A model generated the notes under the pieces. The model was not told the origin of the DNA and ran no database searches. It saw nothing but the letters and a program-made list of their open reading frames with translations. A stretch of 64,000 bases of DNA from a virus. Both the position numbers and the translations under genes were made by a program. The stretch covers positions 4,449 to 68,448 of the IMG/VR virus record IMGVR_UViG_2974594041_000001, one strand, 5' to 3'. Shown one piece after another: positions 1 through 11,098 of this stretch (position 1 is the first letter of the stretch; the number at the start of each line of letters is the position of its first letter).

Positions 1-3000
1 TCGTAGATTGCGAAACGTGCAACCAAGTCAGACAGTTGAGTCGTCTGGCTAAGGAATTTGTACGTTGCGGTGTCATGAGTCATGTAAATCTGCTTACCCA
101 GGGTGCGCAGACCTGCAGGAACTTTGTTGGTGTACTTCTCTACCTTACGGGCGAACTGAGCCTTGTAGGTGTAGCGACTGTCGTCAACTTCAACATCTTC
201 AACGATAGTAGGCATCAGACCTGCATCAACCAGTGGCTTAATCGGGTTACGTGCCAAACGGTCCTGAATCTCCAGGATTTCCGCATTAGCTGCGTCATTG
301 TTAGCGTAGTACCCAATTTCTACAGCTTGTTGCAGTTGCAGCAGGCGTTTCGAATCCTTACGGTAGTCGAGTGCACCTTTGATCGCAATTGCGTGAGAAG
401 AGGCAGCCTTCCGCAATGGAACACCTTCCCAAGCCAGGACAGTCATGTTGGACATGATGTTGCCGGCCAGAGTGACGATGTTCTTGATCACGAGGATGTC
501 TTTGATCTCTTTCACAATGGCTTGCATGATGTCTTCTGCTTGGCCTACACGCAGGCCAGCTTTGTCACCGTACAAGGCAGTTACGATAGAAACCATGGCC
601 TTCTCAGCAACGTTGCGATCCGCAGGGTCCGCATCAAATGCTTCGGTCAGACTGAACTTCCGGTAGCCCAGGATCATATCGACCTGGTCCGCAGGGATGT
701 ACATTGCATTGTCTTTCCAGACTTTTTTGATCTCCTGCTTGGTGCTTTCTGGCAGCAGGCGGTAAGCCTCAGCCAAGCCTTTGTCGGCACTGTCTTCTGC
801 AACACGCAGGTAGGACGATGGACGTGAGGTGTAATCAGCACGGTATTGGTCGTACATCGACCGCACAACATCAGCATTCTGTTGGGCCGAAGACACTTTG
901 TCCGCGACTTGACCAGCCATGACGCCCAGCACCTGATCCATTGAGTTATCGCGGTCCAAAAGGACATCGCGGTTTTGCTCAGTCATCATGTGACGGTAGT
1001 CAGCAATACGGCCGTCAGGCGCCAGGGTGGGGGCCATGTGCCCAGCTGCTGCGCGACGCGGATCATAAGACATCGGCCGGCTGAACAAATCAGCAATTGC
1101 TTGTGCTTTTTGCGTTGCAATTTGCTGACGAACAGCTGCCGAAGTCTGGTTGCCGCCCATCATATTGACCGCCTCGGTGATCGGGCTGGAGCCTTTGGCG
1201 TTCATCCCGGTAAACGAGATGGCACCGGTCAGCAACGCAGTCTGGCCGGCACCACGTCGGGTCATGAGCACACGCCCGTTCTGTGCCAAGCCAGTCACAT
1301 TAGGGTCCGACTGCAGCTCGGTACCCACGGTGTAGCCTGCTTTCAGATGTGCAGCCACGTCCTTCTTGGACACCAGCAGGACTTCGATCTTGTTGTCATG
1401 GATCTCTGCCACATAACCGGTCTGCTGCAACGCTTCAGTACCCTGGAACAGGTCAGTCTTAGCTTTGGATTGCAGGCCGGTGTGTAGCTTCAGCATGTAC
1501 TCAACGCCGTTGCCGTCGGTGCGGTTCATCTCGGTGCGCAATACCTCTTTGGCATTGCGAACGTCGACATCACCGCTGTACGCCAGGGCGTACACGCCCA
1601 CCAACTGGTCCAGCGCCTTGGACAAAGCAGCATTCGCAGTGCCTTTCTTCTTGGTGCCGAACATGGCCACGATGTTATCCACCGACAGCATCAGGTTGGC
1701 CGAAGTCGAGCCACCTACCACTTTGTGGTGAGCGAGGTCTTTTGCCTGGCTGATCATGTACAGGTGGTCCGGGGTAGCAGCAATCACCTGGTTTTCCAGA
1801 TCAGCACGGTACGCCGCCATTGCAGCAGGATCTTCCATCAGATCACGCAGTCCATCGATACCCTTCTCCGCAGCGATAGCCTGTGCGTTGGTGCGCAGGA
1901 ACACCCGGGTAAGCGCATCGCGCTGATCCTGAGTAATGCCCTGGCCCTGATTGGCAAACGCCTCATTCACGCTTGCAGCAGTCGTCTCGATCAGTTGCTT
2001 GCGGTCCTGCTCGTTACGCTTGGCACCTTTAAACAACTCGGCTGCCAACTGCCGGGAATCGTAGACACCGCGCCATTCAGTCAGCAGGCCCATAGCTACA
2101 CCGTGGCGGCTTTTCATTTCACGGTCACGGATGTTGGTGACAGCATCCAAAACAGCGTCAAGGCGATTACCGGCAGCCGTGGACACCGCAGCGCCAATAC
2201 CCGAGACATATGGGATCTTGGAGTTACGAATGAAGCCGGCTTTACCCAGTGCATCAGCTTTTTCCAGCACCGTGTTGCCCACATTGGCCAGCGCAGTTTC
2301 GAGCTGGTCAAAATGACCAATCTTGTCGCTGGCGATACGAGCTTTACGCTTGGCTTCGATATCCACCAGCTGCCCTACCAGGGTGCTCAGTGCGGCATTG
2401 CCGGCCATACCCGGGGTGACCTTGGTCGCCAGCCGGGATAGTACGGTCATTGCGCGACGGAACAGCTCAGTCAGCTTGCTGGCAATAGGCAGACCCTTCA
2501 ACGGGGTCTCAGCGTTGAAAGTCGAGAAGCCAAGGGCCGAACGTACTTCCTGCGAGGCCAAGCCAAGTGCAGCAAAACGTGCCAAGTAGTCATTCTTGCC
2601 TGTGGCCGTTTGTTGAGGACGGAATAGGAAGTCCCACTTCGCTTTCGCGATGTTCTTCTCATTCTGGCTTGCGGTAGCCCAATCACCAGAATGGAGGTTG
2701 CGACCATCCGCGTTCAACGTAGAACGTGCTTCCTTGAACAGGTTTTCCAGACCTTGGCGAACGAATACCGTTTCCTTGGTCTCCATCGCAGTGGCTACGG
2801 TAGCTTGCACCGATTCCAGCACAAAGGCTTCTTGCTGGGACAATACGAACTGCGAAGCAGTCGCTTGTGTGCTGAATGGCAGCTGGCCAGTGGCCGTTGC
2901 CTTCAAAAACACATCCAGTGGGGTCATTGCACGGTTTGCGGATGCGGTTTCCTTGAATGCACCATATGGGCCATAAACCGGGTCAACAGTCTGTGCCAAC

Positions 3001-6000
3001 AGGTCTTTCAAGTAGGCAGCGTGAGCCGGATCAGCTTTATGGTTGCCGACGGCTTCCAGTGCATCGAATACCTGCTCGGCAGTCATAGCGTTGACGTGAT
3101 CCACAGCATCTTCGTACTTGTGGGTCAGTGTCTCGCGCTTTGCCTGGGCAGCAGCGGATTCTTTGAACAGGACAGCGGAGTTGGCAACCAGGTTGGCCAT
3201 ACCATTGTTCAGCTTCACGTTGTTGTTACCAAACAGCATTTCGGTCAGCGACTTGATGAAACCTTTCAGACCGTCGAGGATCGACTTGTCTTTCTGCGCC
3301 ACGGTCACCTGGCCCAGGACTTCCTTTTGGAAATCTTGGTTGGTCAGGCCCCACGCCAGCAGCTCGTGCACGTTGGAGGTAGCATTGCGGTATTTAGCTG
3401 ACAGCTCACCATTGTTGGCGATGAAGTCTTCAGCAGCAGCACGCAGTGTCTCCAGTTGTGCAACAGCACGGCCAGACACGGTCTCTTTACCTTGGTTTGC
3501 GTCGATCAGGTTCGCCAGAGCAGCGTGGACCAGTTCATGGGTCAGCAGCTCAGGAGTGATACCGGATTCAACGAACTCAGGCGATTTGATAAACAGACCA
3601 GCCTTACCTTGGCGCTGTGCGTACCAACCACGGGACTTGTCCACACCTTCGCCGAACGCACCTTCAGGGCCGGTCTCGGAGGTGATGTAGGTCACTGGCA
3701 TGGAGGCGTCGAAGCCGCGCTTGGCCATTTTCAGCACAGTCTGCTGGAACGGGTCTTGAACGTACTCAACCAGCGAATCAGCCAGGTTGCGTGCAGTCAT
3801 TTGCGTGTTGCTCAGCATTTCGACCAGGTTTACGTCGGACTGCACAACTGGAGTGCCCAACTTGCCCCAAACAGACAGCTTGGCCTCGGATGCAGCGTTT
3901 ACTGCTTCAACCACGTCAGCAGCTTGATGTTCCGGTAGAGTTTGCAGGGCATCAGCCAGGGTGCGGTTACCTGAAACCATGGAGTCAATTACCTGGACCA
4001 CGGCCGGAGTTTGCTCCAGCGAAGCCAGGGTGTTGAGGGAAGTGGCCGGTGCCAGCGTGGTAACGGAGCGTGCCGACAGCTCAGCCTGCTTGCCAGCAAC
4101 GTAGGTCGCCGATTCGATACGAGCAGTGGCGTCCAGTTGGTTGGCAACCGATTCAGCCGCAGCGTTGAAGGTGGAGCCCACTTCACCCAACTTGGTTTGT
4201 GCCTTGGCACGATCCGCGTCGGTAACGAGGTAAGAGCCGCCGTCGGTGGCGTATTGGCCGATGGCCTGCATGTTGCCCAGCATTTCCAGCTTGTCGGTGT
4301 CTGCCTGACGGGCAGTTTCACGGATAGCGGTCAATTGCTCGGTGATGCTGCCACGCTTCTTCTCAGTACGGGCAACCATCTTCTCACGCAGCTTTGGTTG
4401 GATACGTGCGGCCAGAGTCGGGTCACGCATCACATTGGCTACGCCGGCCAGCACTTCATCGAGCATGTTGCTCATAGAGGTGGCGGACGAGTAGTCCAGC
4501 ATGGTGTTGAATGTGGCTTTGTTCAGTTCCTGGCCCACTTTCGCAACGTTGTTCAGGTCAACGCCTAGGGCGTCGTGAACGTTCAGCGCCTGCATAATGC
4601 CGTACACGGCAGAAGCAATTGCGGAGTCGCTGGAGTGAATGGAGGTAATGAACGGCATTACACCCGGGTCCACGTCTTGCACGCGAGAAGACGACAGACG
4701 AGTCGAACCGATACCGTTCATGGAGCCGTCAGGTGCGATGGTGTTCACCATTTCACCGAAAGCGACTTCTTGCTCGTAAGCGGCAGACGAGTCCATGGTC
4801 TTCTGCGACTTGGCCATGTACATGCCGGCTTCGCGCTGGCCTGAGGCCTGGGACATAGCAGTTTGCAGGATCGGAGCCATATCGCCCATGATCGAGTTCA
4901 CTTGGTCCTGTTGGGCCTTGGTCAGCGTGCGGATTGCGGCGCCAGCATTGTTGCGTGGCACATCAGGGCTGGAACCTTCAACGAACTCGGTTACACCTTC
5001 GCGAACGGCGTTGAACAGGTCAAACGACAGCTGGGCTGTCTGGTTGATCACGTTGCGGCGTGCGATGAAGGTTGCGTAGTTGTCGGCCAGCGCTTGCTCA
5101 GTTGGCTCACCCAGCAGCTCGTAGAACGAGTCTTTCAGGGCTTTCTGCTGTGTAGCATTCAGCTTGGTTTCCAGAGCCGCTTCGTAGCCAGTGTTCACGT
5201 CCAGGTTGTTCTTTGGGGAACGAATCAGGGTGTTCACGGCGCCGAACAGCTCAGCAACAGCAGCGTTGTCACGCTTGGCAGCAGCATCTTCGATACGGCT
5301 GTAGATCGCTTCAACGAAGCCGTCGGCCATACCTTCAACGGCAGTCTTCGGGTTCGAACCGAACATCAGTGCGGTCAGGGGCTTCTTGATGATGTTACGA
5401 CCTTTGGAGGTCACATTGCCTTCTGCGGTTTGCAGTTGGCCGGTGATTACCTGCATAGCGTTCAGCATGCCGACCTGACGGCCTTGAAGGCGGTTCAGGG
5501 CACCGGCAATGTTTGACTCGTACAGGTCGAGGTTGCCCTGGGCCTTGTAGTCGTTGAACTGCTCAAACGGGCTGTCCAGCTCAAAGAAACCACCTTGGTT
5601 CATGGTTTCGAAGCCTTTGGCACCCAGCATCAACAGGGAGAGCATCGGGCCGTTGGTTACGCCGTCCACTTCACCCATCATGGAAGTTTGGAACGAAGGC
5701 TTGCCATCCTGCTCAGCAATGCGCTGTTCAGCCAGGGCAACCATCGCGTCGAACGAATGGAACTTCTCGCCAGCGGCTTTCACGCCGTCAACGATTGCAG
5801 CTTCATTCACTTGACCATTGTCACGCAGAACGTCGACCAGTGCGTCGATACCAGCCTGAATGGCAGGAACTTGCACAGCCGCGTCGTAGCCGGCCAACAC
5901 TTTAGCAGTGGTGGTGGCTTCAGTCTTCTTACCGAACGCTTCCAGCACACGCAGCTTGAAGTTGTCCATTTCCGCTTTGTTGTCCAGGCGCACATCGGCA

Positions 6001-9000
6001 TTCCACTCGGACATGGCCAGCATGTGACGATGGATCTTCGAAGTCTGTGGGTTGATCACGTTTGCGGTCAAACCAACGCGCTGAGGCTTCCAAACGGAAC
6101 GACCGAAGAACAGTGGTTGCTCAAGACCCTGTGTGGAGCTATCGGCGGCCATCGCATTGATGAACGAGTCAAAGTTGTCCACTTGTTGGATCAGACCATC
6201 ATTCTTCGCCTGGCGGGAAGCCAGGTTCTCAACGTGGGTCGGTGAGTCGGTAGTCGACACGACGCCACCCATTTCGTACAGAGCTTGCTTCGACAGCTTG
6301 CCCCATACGTGCCACATGTTCTGACGCACGACGTGAGCTTTTTTGCTTTCGCCTTCCAGAACTTTGGCCAGAACCGACGGAACCTCTTGCCCGGTGCGCT
6401 TTGCGAATTCTTGGGTAAAAGACAGCGGTGTGTAGCTTGGCTCGACGCCCGCAGCCTCCACGGCGAACAGTTTTGCAACTGCCGACTGGGAACCGGTCGA
6501 ACGCTCACGAATACGCTTCACAACTGGTGCTGGTTGTAGTTTGCCATCAGCATCGGTCATCGAAGCCACGGCAATGAAGTTGTGGGTCAGTTTCGCATCA
6601 AATTCAGTGTTACCCATCAGGGCTTGTAGCTTCTGGTCAGCTAGTTGAGTACGGGTGACCATACCCAGCTTGACCATGGCCGCGATAGCGCGCTCGCCGA
6701 TAGAGGCTTCAAGCTTGCTCATTTCGGCACGAGTACCTTCCTGGCTTACTTGCAGGCCCAAGGCTTGCACGATACGACCACCAAGCTGCGACGCTACGAC
6801 CGACTCTCGGGTACCGATAGACGATAGCGCAGCATACGCAGCATTGGAGATTTCGTCGTCCAGGTCGCGCATCAGAATAGTGTTGATCGACTCAGGACTG
6901 TTACGCAGTTGAGTTGCGTTTTCGTTTGCCCACGAGAACATGCCATAAGACACGGCAGTCGCCAGGTTCTCATCAATTGTGCCGTCGGCATTCTGCAGAA
7001 ACTGCGCCATGTCCCGGTAGAAAAAGTCCGGACGTTTGGCACGAGTTGCAGTGACCTTGAATTGGTTGCGCACGGCTTGCTCAGCAAATTGAGCGAAGTT
7101 GAAAAATGCATTGAGTGCGGTGACTTGTGGGGCCGGCAGCGGGCCTTCTTGCTTAAGGAAGTCTTGCACGGTCACTTCGCCAGCCTTGATGGCGGATGCG
7201 AAGTCTTTGACAGCTACCAGCGGGCGTACGCTTGCGTCTGTGTCGGAACCGACCTTTTGGTCAAACAGTTCAGCGACCAGGTTCACATTACGGTAGTTGT
7301 CGGCAGTTACTGCTTCCCCAGTGCGACCGTCGAAGGTGGTGAGCTGGCCAGCATTTGCTGGGACAGACTCGGCCTTATCCGAGGTGTTTTCCGGGTTTAC
7401 GGCAGCTTCTTCGGCTACAGCAGTGTCAACAGTCTCATTCTGTGCCGGAGCTACCGGGGCAGTTTCAACAGTTGCAGATGGTGCAGCTTCTGGAGCTTGA
7501 GCAGTAACTTCACCCTGTTCAGCAGTCGGTTGCACAACCGGGGCAGCAACAGGTGTTGGAGCAGCATTTACCAGAGCTTCGAATGCGTCAGCAGTCTTCG
7601 CCAAAACGTCCGCTTCAGCAACTACACCGTCGCGCAGTTTGAAGGAACGGGCGGAAACTTCCAGGCCACCGGCTTCTTTCAGGGCTTTGCCCTTCAAGTC
7701 AGTCGGACCCCATTCGCCTTGCTCATTCCGCACCAGGGCAATCTTGTTGTCGGTACCTTTCACTTGCTCGTAGGCAGCGGTGATGGCATCGGCTTTGGAT
7801 TGCTGGCTGACAGCGAAACTGCGAATGCCATCGACTTGCGAGCGGGCTGCAGTTTCGTTGCCATCGGCCAGGGCCATACGGACAGCATTGCGATATTGCG
7901 AGATACCCTTGAAGCCGGGACCGCCAGTGGCGATTTCCGCGCTAACGCCAGACATGCCCTTCAAGGCATTGGCTGCCACCTGTGCTTCAGTGAAGAGGCG
8001 CATGGCGTTACGCTGCGGCTCAGTCAGGCTTTCACTCTGTGCGAGAGATTCAGCGACCGAGACGGGCACGGATTCAGGGTTGGTCATGGTCAGGGTCAAC
8101 AGGCGGTCATAAGACTCCTTGTCCCCTGTCTGTGCTTCGTTTGCAAGCGACTCGACCTCAGCCAGCTCAGGACTGGAGTCTACGCGCATGCGCTCACCGG
8201 CAGCGTGGATCTCACCCAACTGACTTTCCAGTTGAGCAGCTCGTGCCACATCAGCTTTACGTTGGGCAGGCGTGTACGACGATACAGCTTCATGGATCTC
8301 GCGCATTTCAGCGATATCGGCTTGGTTTACACCAGTGGCTTCCATCTGCTGGATGATTTGCGAGATTTGTTCAATACGCTCCGGAGAGGTGTTGTCCAGG
8401 CGAGCTTGGATCGAAGACAAGTCTGCGGTCACATCTTGCTGAATACGGTCGACCTGAGCGAGGTTTTCCTCGACTTTGGCACCATCTTGCAGGTTCATCT
8501 GGTGCAGCGCTTCAACAGCGCGGGCCGGATTATATGCAGGGGAAGTGCTGTCGGTCAGGGACGAAACGTCACCGGTTTCCACAGCCGAAGTGAATGCTTG
8601 TTCTACAGCTTTGCGTTGAGCCGGGGCAGTGCTTTTACCGCCAGCAATCTCAGCGCCCAGGTGGAAGTTACCGCCGACCAGCGCACCAATGGTGAAGCCT
8701 TCGACGATGTCCTCCAACGAGGTTTCTTTCAGCTGGGCGCGATTCTCTGCATAGGTTTGGTAGCCTTCGGTCACGCCTTCACGTGCACCGGCAGCACCAA
8801 TACCGGCAGCAGCAGCCATCGCTTTGTTGCCCGAGCCAGTACCAGCAGCACGCAAGCCTTTCAACAGGCTCACGTCGCCAATAGTTTCAGCAGCAGCGGC
8901 CGATGCAGCAAACAGACCCATTTCAGCCCGGGTGTCTGCATCAGGCAATTGCCCTTCGTTTTTTTCCGCGTACTCACGAATACCCTTGCGATATGCGTCA

Positions 9001-9773
9001 TAGCCGTAGCCGGCGTTAGATGCAGTCAGCAAACCAGGGTTATAAGCAGCAGCGATCAGCTGCGGGATGTTTTCCGCTACGTACTCGCCCACCGCCAGAG
9101 GATTCTTCAAACCAGCCTTCAAAGCTGGTCCTACTGTCTTACCCAGGCCCAACACACCTTCACCAGCCGCTTCCAGGTACTCGCCTTCGTCATAGGCCTC
9201 TTTGGCCCCACGGAGTTGAGCGGTACCGTCAGAAACAGCCTCACGGATGTCACGACTCAGCACATCACGCTGGTCATTGCTGACAATGCTGGAGATGTCG
9301 AAGAAATCAGCCACATCTTGGGAGACTTCTTGCAGACCCTGGGTGCCTTGCAGGCGCTCCAGATAAGTCTGCGGAATGCCGTCATCCAGTGGTGCAGTCT
9401 GGTTCAACAGAGCCATATCGGCTTCAGTTGCTTCGTTGGTTTTAAGACGGTTGAATGCCTGCACTTGTTCTTCAGGAACTGTGCCTTGGGCCATGCCAGA
9501 GATCAGATCGATAGGGAGGGTGGTGATATTGCCGACAGTGCGGCTGGCACCCGACGCAAAGGACGCAGCAAAGTTGATTGCCTGTCCGATGGTGTCATCT
9601 TGGTCAAACCCAATTTTTTCGATAAGAGACTGCTTCTTAGATTCAGAAGCTGCTGCAACCGATTCAGCTTTTGCCGAAAGGTCAAAGAGGGGCTTAAAGC
9701 CCCCCTCTGCTGCAGCAGGCACGCCGGCAGGAAACAATTCGTTGAAACCGAAGTTGTTATCGCCGTTTGCCAT
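1..9773 (-). CDS. Virion-encapsidated RNA polymerase (N4 gp50-like), C-terminus outside window
   Basis: ATG at 9773 with AGGAG RBS (MANGDNNFGF...). The frame was spot-checked and holds at RVG (~6070), motif A EVDGVTNGP (~5645-5672), motif B RNIIKKPLTALMFG (~5358-5399), motif C NVHDA (~4569-4583) and the left edge. About 3257 codons lie in the window. It is absent from the ORF track because no stop codon is in the window. Confidence 0.96.
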   Translation of the reverse strand, partial: MANGDNNFGFNELFPAGVPAAAEGGFKPLFDLSAKAESVAAASESKKQSLIEKIGFDQDDTIGQAINFAASFASGASRTVGNITTLPIDLISGMAQGTVPEEQVQAFNRLKTNEATEADMALLNQTAPLDDGIPQTYLERLQGTQGLQEVSQDVADFFDISSIVSNDQRDVLSRDIREAVSDGTAQLRGAKEAYDEGEYLEAAGEGVLGLGKTVGPALKAGLKNPLAVGEYVAENIPQLIAAAYNPGLLTASNAGYGYDAYRKGIREYAEKNEGQLPDADTRAEMGLFAASAAAAETIGDVSLLKGLRAAGTGSGNKAMAAAAGIGAAGAREGVTEGYQTYAENRAQLKETSLEDIVEGFTIGALVGGNFHLGAEIAGGKSTAPAQRKAVEQAFTSAVETGDVSSLTDSTSPAYNPARAVEALHQMNLQDGAKVEENLAQVDRIQQDVTADLSSIQARLDNTSPERIEQISQIIQQMEATGVNQADIAEMREIHEAVSSYTPAQRKADVARAAQLESQLGEIHAAGERMRVDSSPELAEVESLANEAQTGDKESYDRLLTLTMTNPESVPVSVAESLAQSESLTEPQRNAMRLFTEAQVAANALKGMSGVSAEIATGGPGFKGISQYRNAVRMALADGNETAARSQVDGIRSFAVSQQSKADAITAAYEQVKGTDNKIALVRNEQGEWGPTDLKGKALKEAGGLEVSARSFKLRDGVVAEADVLAKTADAFEALVNAAPTPVAAPVVQPTAEQGEVTAQAPEAAPSATVETAPVAPAQNETVDTAVAEEAAVNPENTSDKAESVPANAGQLTTFDGRTGEAVTADNYRNVNLVAELFDQKVGSDTDASVRPLVAVKDFASAIKAGEVTVQDFLKQEGPLPAPQVTALNAFFNFAQFAEQAVRNQFKVTATRAKRPDFFYRDMAQFLQNADGTIDENLATAVSYGMFSWANENATQLRNSPESINTILMRDLDDEISNAAYAALSSIGTRESVVASQLGGRIVQALGLQVSQEGTRAEMSKLEASIGERAIAAMVKLGMVTRTQLADQKLQALMGNTEFDAKLTHNFIAVASMTDADGKLQPAPVVKRIRERSTGSQSAVAKLFAVEAAGVEPSYTPLSFTQEFAKRTGQEVPSVLAKVLEGESKKAHVVRQNMWHVWGKLSKQALYEMGGVVSTTDSPTHVENLASRQAKNDGLIQQVDNFDSFINAMAADSSTQGLEQPLFFGRSVWKPQRVGLTANVINPQTSKIHRHMLAMSEWNADVRLDNKAEMDNFKLRVLEAFGKKTEATTTAKVLAGYDAAVQVPAIQAGIDALVDVLRDNGQVNEAAIVDGVKAAGEKFHSFDAMVALAEQRIAEQDGKPSFQTSMMGEVDGVTNGPMLSLLMLGAKGFETMNQGGFFELDSPFEQFNDYKAQGNLDLYESNIAGALNRLQGRQVGMLNAMQVITGQLQTAEGNVTSKGRNIIKKPLTALMFGSNPKTAVEGMADGFVEAIYSRIEDAAAKRDNAAVAELFGAVNTLIRSPKNNLDVNTGYEAALETKLNATQQKALKDSFYELLGEPTEQALADNYATFIARRNVINQTAQLSFDLFNAVREGVTEFVEGSSPDVPRNNAGAAIRTLTKAQQDQVNSIMGDMAPILQTAMSQASGQREAGMYMAKSQKTMDSSAAYEQEVAFGEMVNTIAPDGSMNGIGSTRLSSSRVQDVDPGVMPFITSIHSSDSAIASAVYGIMQALNVHDALGVDLNNVAKVGQELNKATFNTMLDYSSATSMSNMLDEVLAGVANVMRDPTLAARIQPKLREKMVARTEKKRGSITEQLTAIRETARQADTDKLEMLGNMQAIGQYATDGGSYLVTDADRAKAQTKLGEVGSTFNAAAESVANQLDATARIESATYVAGKQAELSARSVTTLAPATSLNTLASLEQTPAVVQVIDSMVSGNRTLADALQTLPEHQAADVVEAVNAASEAKLSVWGKLGTPVVQSDVNLVEMLSNTQMTARNLADSLVEYVQDPFQQTVLKMAKRGFDASMPVTYITSETGPEGAFGEGVDKSRGWYAQRQGKAGLFIKSPEFVESGITPELLTHELVHAALANLIDANQGKETVSGRAVAQLETLRAAAEDFIANNGELSAKYRNATSNVHELLAWGLTNQDFQKEVLGQVTVAQKDKSILDGLKGFIKSLTEMLFGNNNVKLNNGMANLVANSAVLFKESAAAQAKRETLTHKYEDAVDHVNAMTAEQVFDALEAVGNHKADPAHAAYLKDLLAQTVDPVYGPYGAFKETASANRAMTPLDVFLKATATGQLPFSTQATASQFVLSQQEAFVLESVQATVATAMETKETVFVRQGLENLFKEARSTLNADGRNLHSGDWATASQNEKNIAKAKWDFLFRPQQTATGKNDYLARFAALGLASQEVRSALGFSTFNAETPLKGLPIASKLTELFRRAMTVLSRLATKVTPGMAGNAALSTLVGQLVDIEAKRKARIASDKIGHFDQLETALANVGNTVLEKADALGKAGFIRNSKIPYVSGIGAAVSTAAGNRLDAVLDAVTNIRDREMKSRHGVAMGLLTEWRGVYDSRQLAAELFKGAKRNEQDRKQLIETTAASVNEAFANQGQGITQDQRDALTRVFLRTNAQAIAAEKGIDGLRDLMEDPAAMAAYRADLENQVIAATPDHLYMISQAKDLAHHKVVGGSTSANLMLSVDNIVAMFGTKKKGTANAALSKALDQLVGVYALAYSGDVDVRNAKEVLRTEMNRTDGNGVEYMLKLHTGLQSKAKTDLFQGTEALQQTGYVAEIHDNKIEVLLVSKKDVAAHLKAGYTVGTELQSDPNVTGLAQNGRVLMTRRGAGQTALLTGAISFTGMNAKGSSPITEAVNMMGGNQTSAAVRQQIATQKAQAIADLFSRPMSYDPRRAAAGHMAPTLAPDGRIADYRHMMTEQNRDVLLDRDNSMDQVLGVMAGQVADKVSSAQQNADVVRSMYDQYRADYTSRPSSYLRVAEDSADKGLAEAYRLLPESTKQEIKKVWKDNAMYIPADQVDMILGYRKFSLTEAFDADPADRNVAEKAMVSIVTALYGDKAGLRVGQAEDIMQAIVKEIKDILVIKNIVTLAGNIMSNMTVLAWEGVPLRKAASSHAIAIKGALDYRKDSKRLLQLQQAVEIGYYANNDAANAEILEIQDRLARNPIKPLVDAGLMPTIVEDVEVDDSRYTYKAQFARKVEKYTNKVPAGLRTLGKQIYMTHDTATYKFLSQTTQLSDLVARFAIY

Positions 9774-9785
9774 GTATTGTTACTC

Positions 9786-11096
9786 CTACTGGATGTTAAG
9801 TACCTGCCCTTTTGGTGGCCAAGAGTCAGGAATATCCTCGTCAGGGCCAGGCAGGAGATTTGGGTTTGACTTCGGAGAAGTGACCGGTTTATTGCCTGCC
9901 AGCTCAGCGAGTGCACTAACGATACCAGAAGTGTCCAGCGTAGAGCTAGACCCCAGGTGCGTTTTCGCCCGTTTAACTGTTTGCATGAAATTGTTCGCAG
10001 CAGCCCGTGCATCCTGGGCATCGCGCACTTTAGCGCGGTTACCCGCACCTTTATTACCCGATAGGCTATCTTTGAGTTCCGAACGGATGGCATCCATCGG
10101 GTTATCAAAGACGTTCCAGTTATTGCTGTGCGAGTTGATCACCTGCTGCAGGATTGCAGGGGGCACCTTATAGATCTCCCCATCTACCTCGATACCTTTC
10201 GATAACAGCTCGGTAACACCGGTCTGCATCTGCTTGTAGTCAGTGCTGTCGGAGTTGAAATAGGACTCAAAGTTCTTGAGACCTTTTGCCCCACCAAGCA
10301 ACACGGCCGCATCCTTCGCAGGATCATCCGAGGTTTTCGACCATTCGTTACCCTGGAGCCGAGTATTCAGGATTTCCTTGGCCTGGTTCGACGCATCATC
10401 CAGTACCTTGGCCCCGCGCTGGAATTGGCGTTGTTCGTTCCGATCTTGCCGCTCCTCGTTACGAATAATGCGGTTTTCCGCCGCAGCTGCCATGGACTCC
10501 TGAAATTGTGCGATTTGACGCGTCTCAGCTCGCCCCTGACGCGCCTGGTCTTCTGCCGCATAACCACGACGGGTTCGTGCATCAAGCACGCCCATCAGGT
10601 CTGTGGTGACCTTACCTTCGTTCAGAAACTTAGTATCGTCCAGAAGTTTAGCCACGCCTTGGGCATCGCCCGAACGCGCCAGCTCTAAGCCGTGGTCGAT
10701 GATGTAGCGCTGTTCCCGTTCCGTCGCTTGATCCTGGAACTGGTTTGCAGCCACGGTCTGCTTTTGAAGGTTGGCGACTCGGTTGTCGATAGCACCGCGA
10801 GTTGCATTGCGATCAATTGCGGCACCGTAGCCGGCACGCTCAGCTTCGAGGGCTGCACGCTGTTCAGGGTCTTGTAGTCCATCGAGTCCCGCCGCGTTTA
10901 CGGCGTCGAGGTACTTCGCCGTGTTGTTTGCCTGGACCGCCGCAGAGTTCTTTTCCTGCAGGCGAGCTTCGTTTTTGAAGATGTCCTGCAAAGCATTGAA
11001 GCTCTGCTGAACCTGCTGGTTGCCGAGGGAAAGCAAAGCGGTGGCGCTCCCGCCACCTCCCCCGCCAATGTTCCGCCAAGTGATAGGGCCGGCCAT
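9786..11096 (-). CDS. Internal virion/ejection protein (N4 gp51-like)
   Basis: 436 aa, Cys-free, Ala/Gln-rich and helical; lies directly upstream of vRNAP as in N4-like phages. Confidence 0.7.
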   Translation of the reverse strand: MAGPITWRNIGGGGGGSATALLSLGNQQVQQSFNALQDIFKNEARLQEKNSAAVQANNTAKYLDAVNAAGLDGLQDPEQRAALEAERAGYGAAIDRNATRGAIDNRVANLQKQTVAANQFQDQATEREQRYIIDHGLELARSGDAQGVAKLLDDTKFLNEGKVTTDLMGVLDARTRRGYAAEDQARQGRAETRQIAQFQESMAAAAENRIIRNEERQDRNEQRQFQRGAKVLDDASNQAKEILNTRLQGNEWSKTSDDPAKDAAVLLGGAKGLKNFESYFNSDSTDYKQMQTGVTELLSKGIEVDGEIYKVPPAILQQVINSHSNNWNVFDNPMDAIRSELKDSLSGNKGAGNRAKVRDAQDARAAANNFMQTVKRAKTHLGSSSTLDTSGIVSALAELAGNKPVTSPKSNPNLLPGPDEDIPDSWPPKGQVLNIQ

Positions 11097-11098
11097 GG

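Noticed and set aside
6909-9869. 986-aa + strand ORF (and other + ORFs across 1-9.8 kb)
   Set aside because: Codon-aligned antisense shadow of vRNAP; no RBS or motifs; explained by scarcity of TTA/CTA/TCA codons in the real gene.
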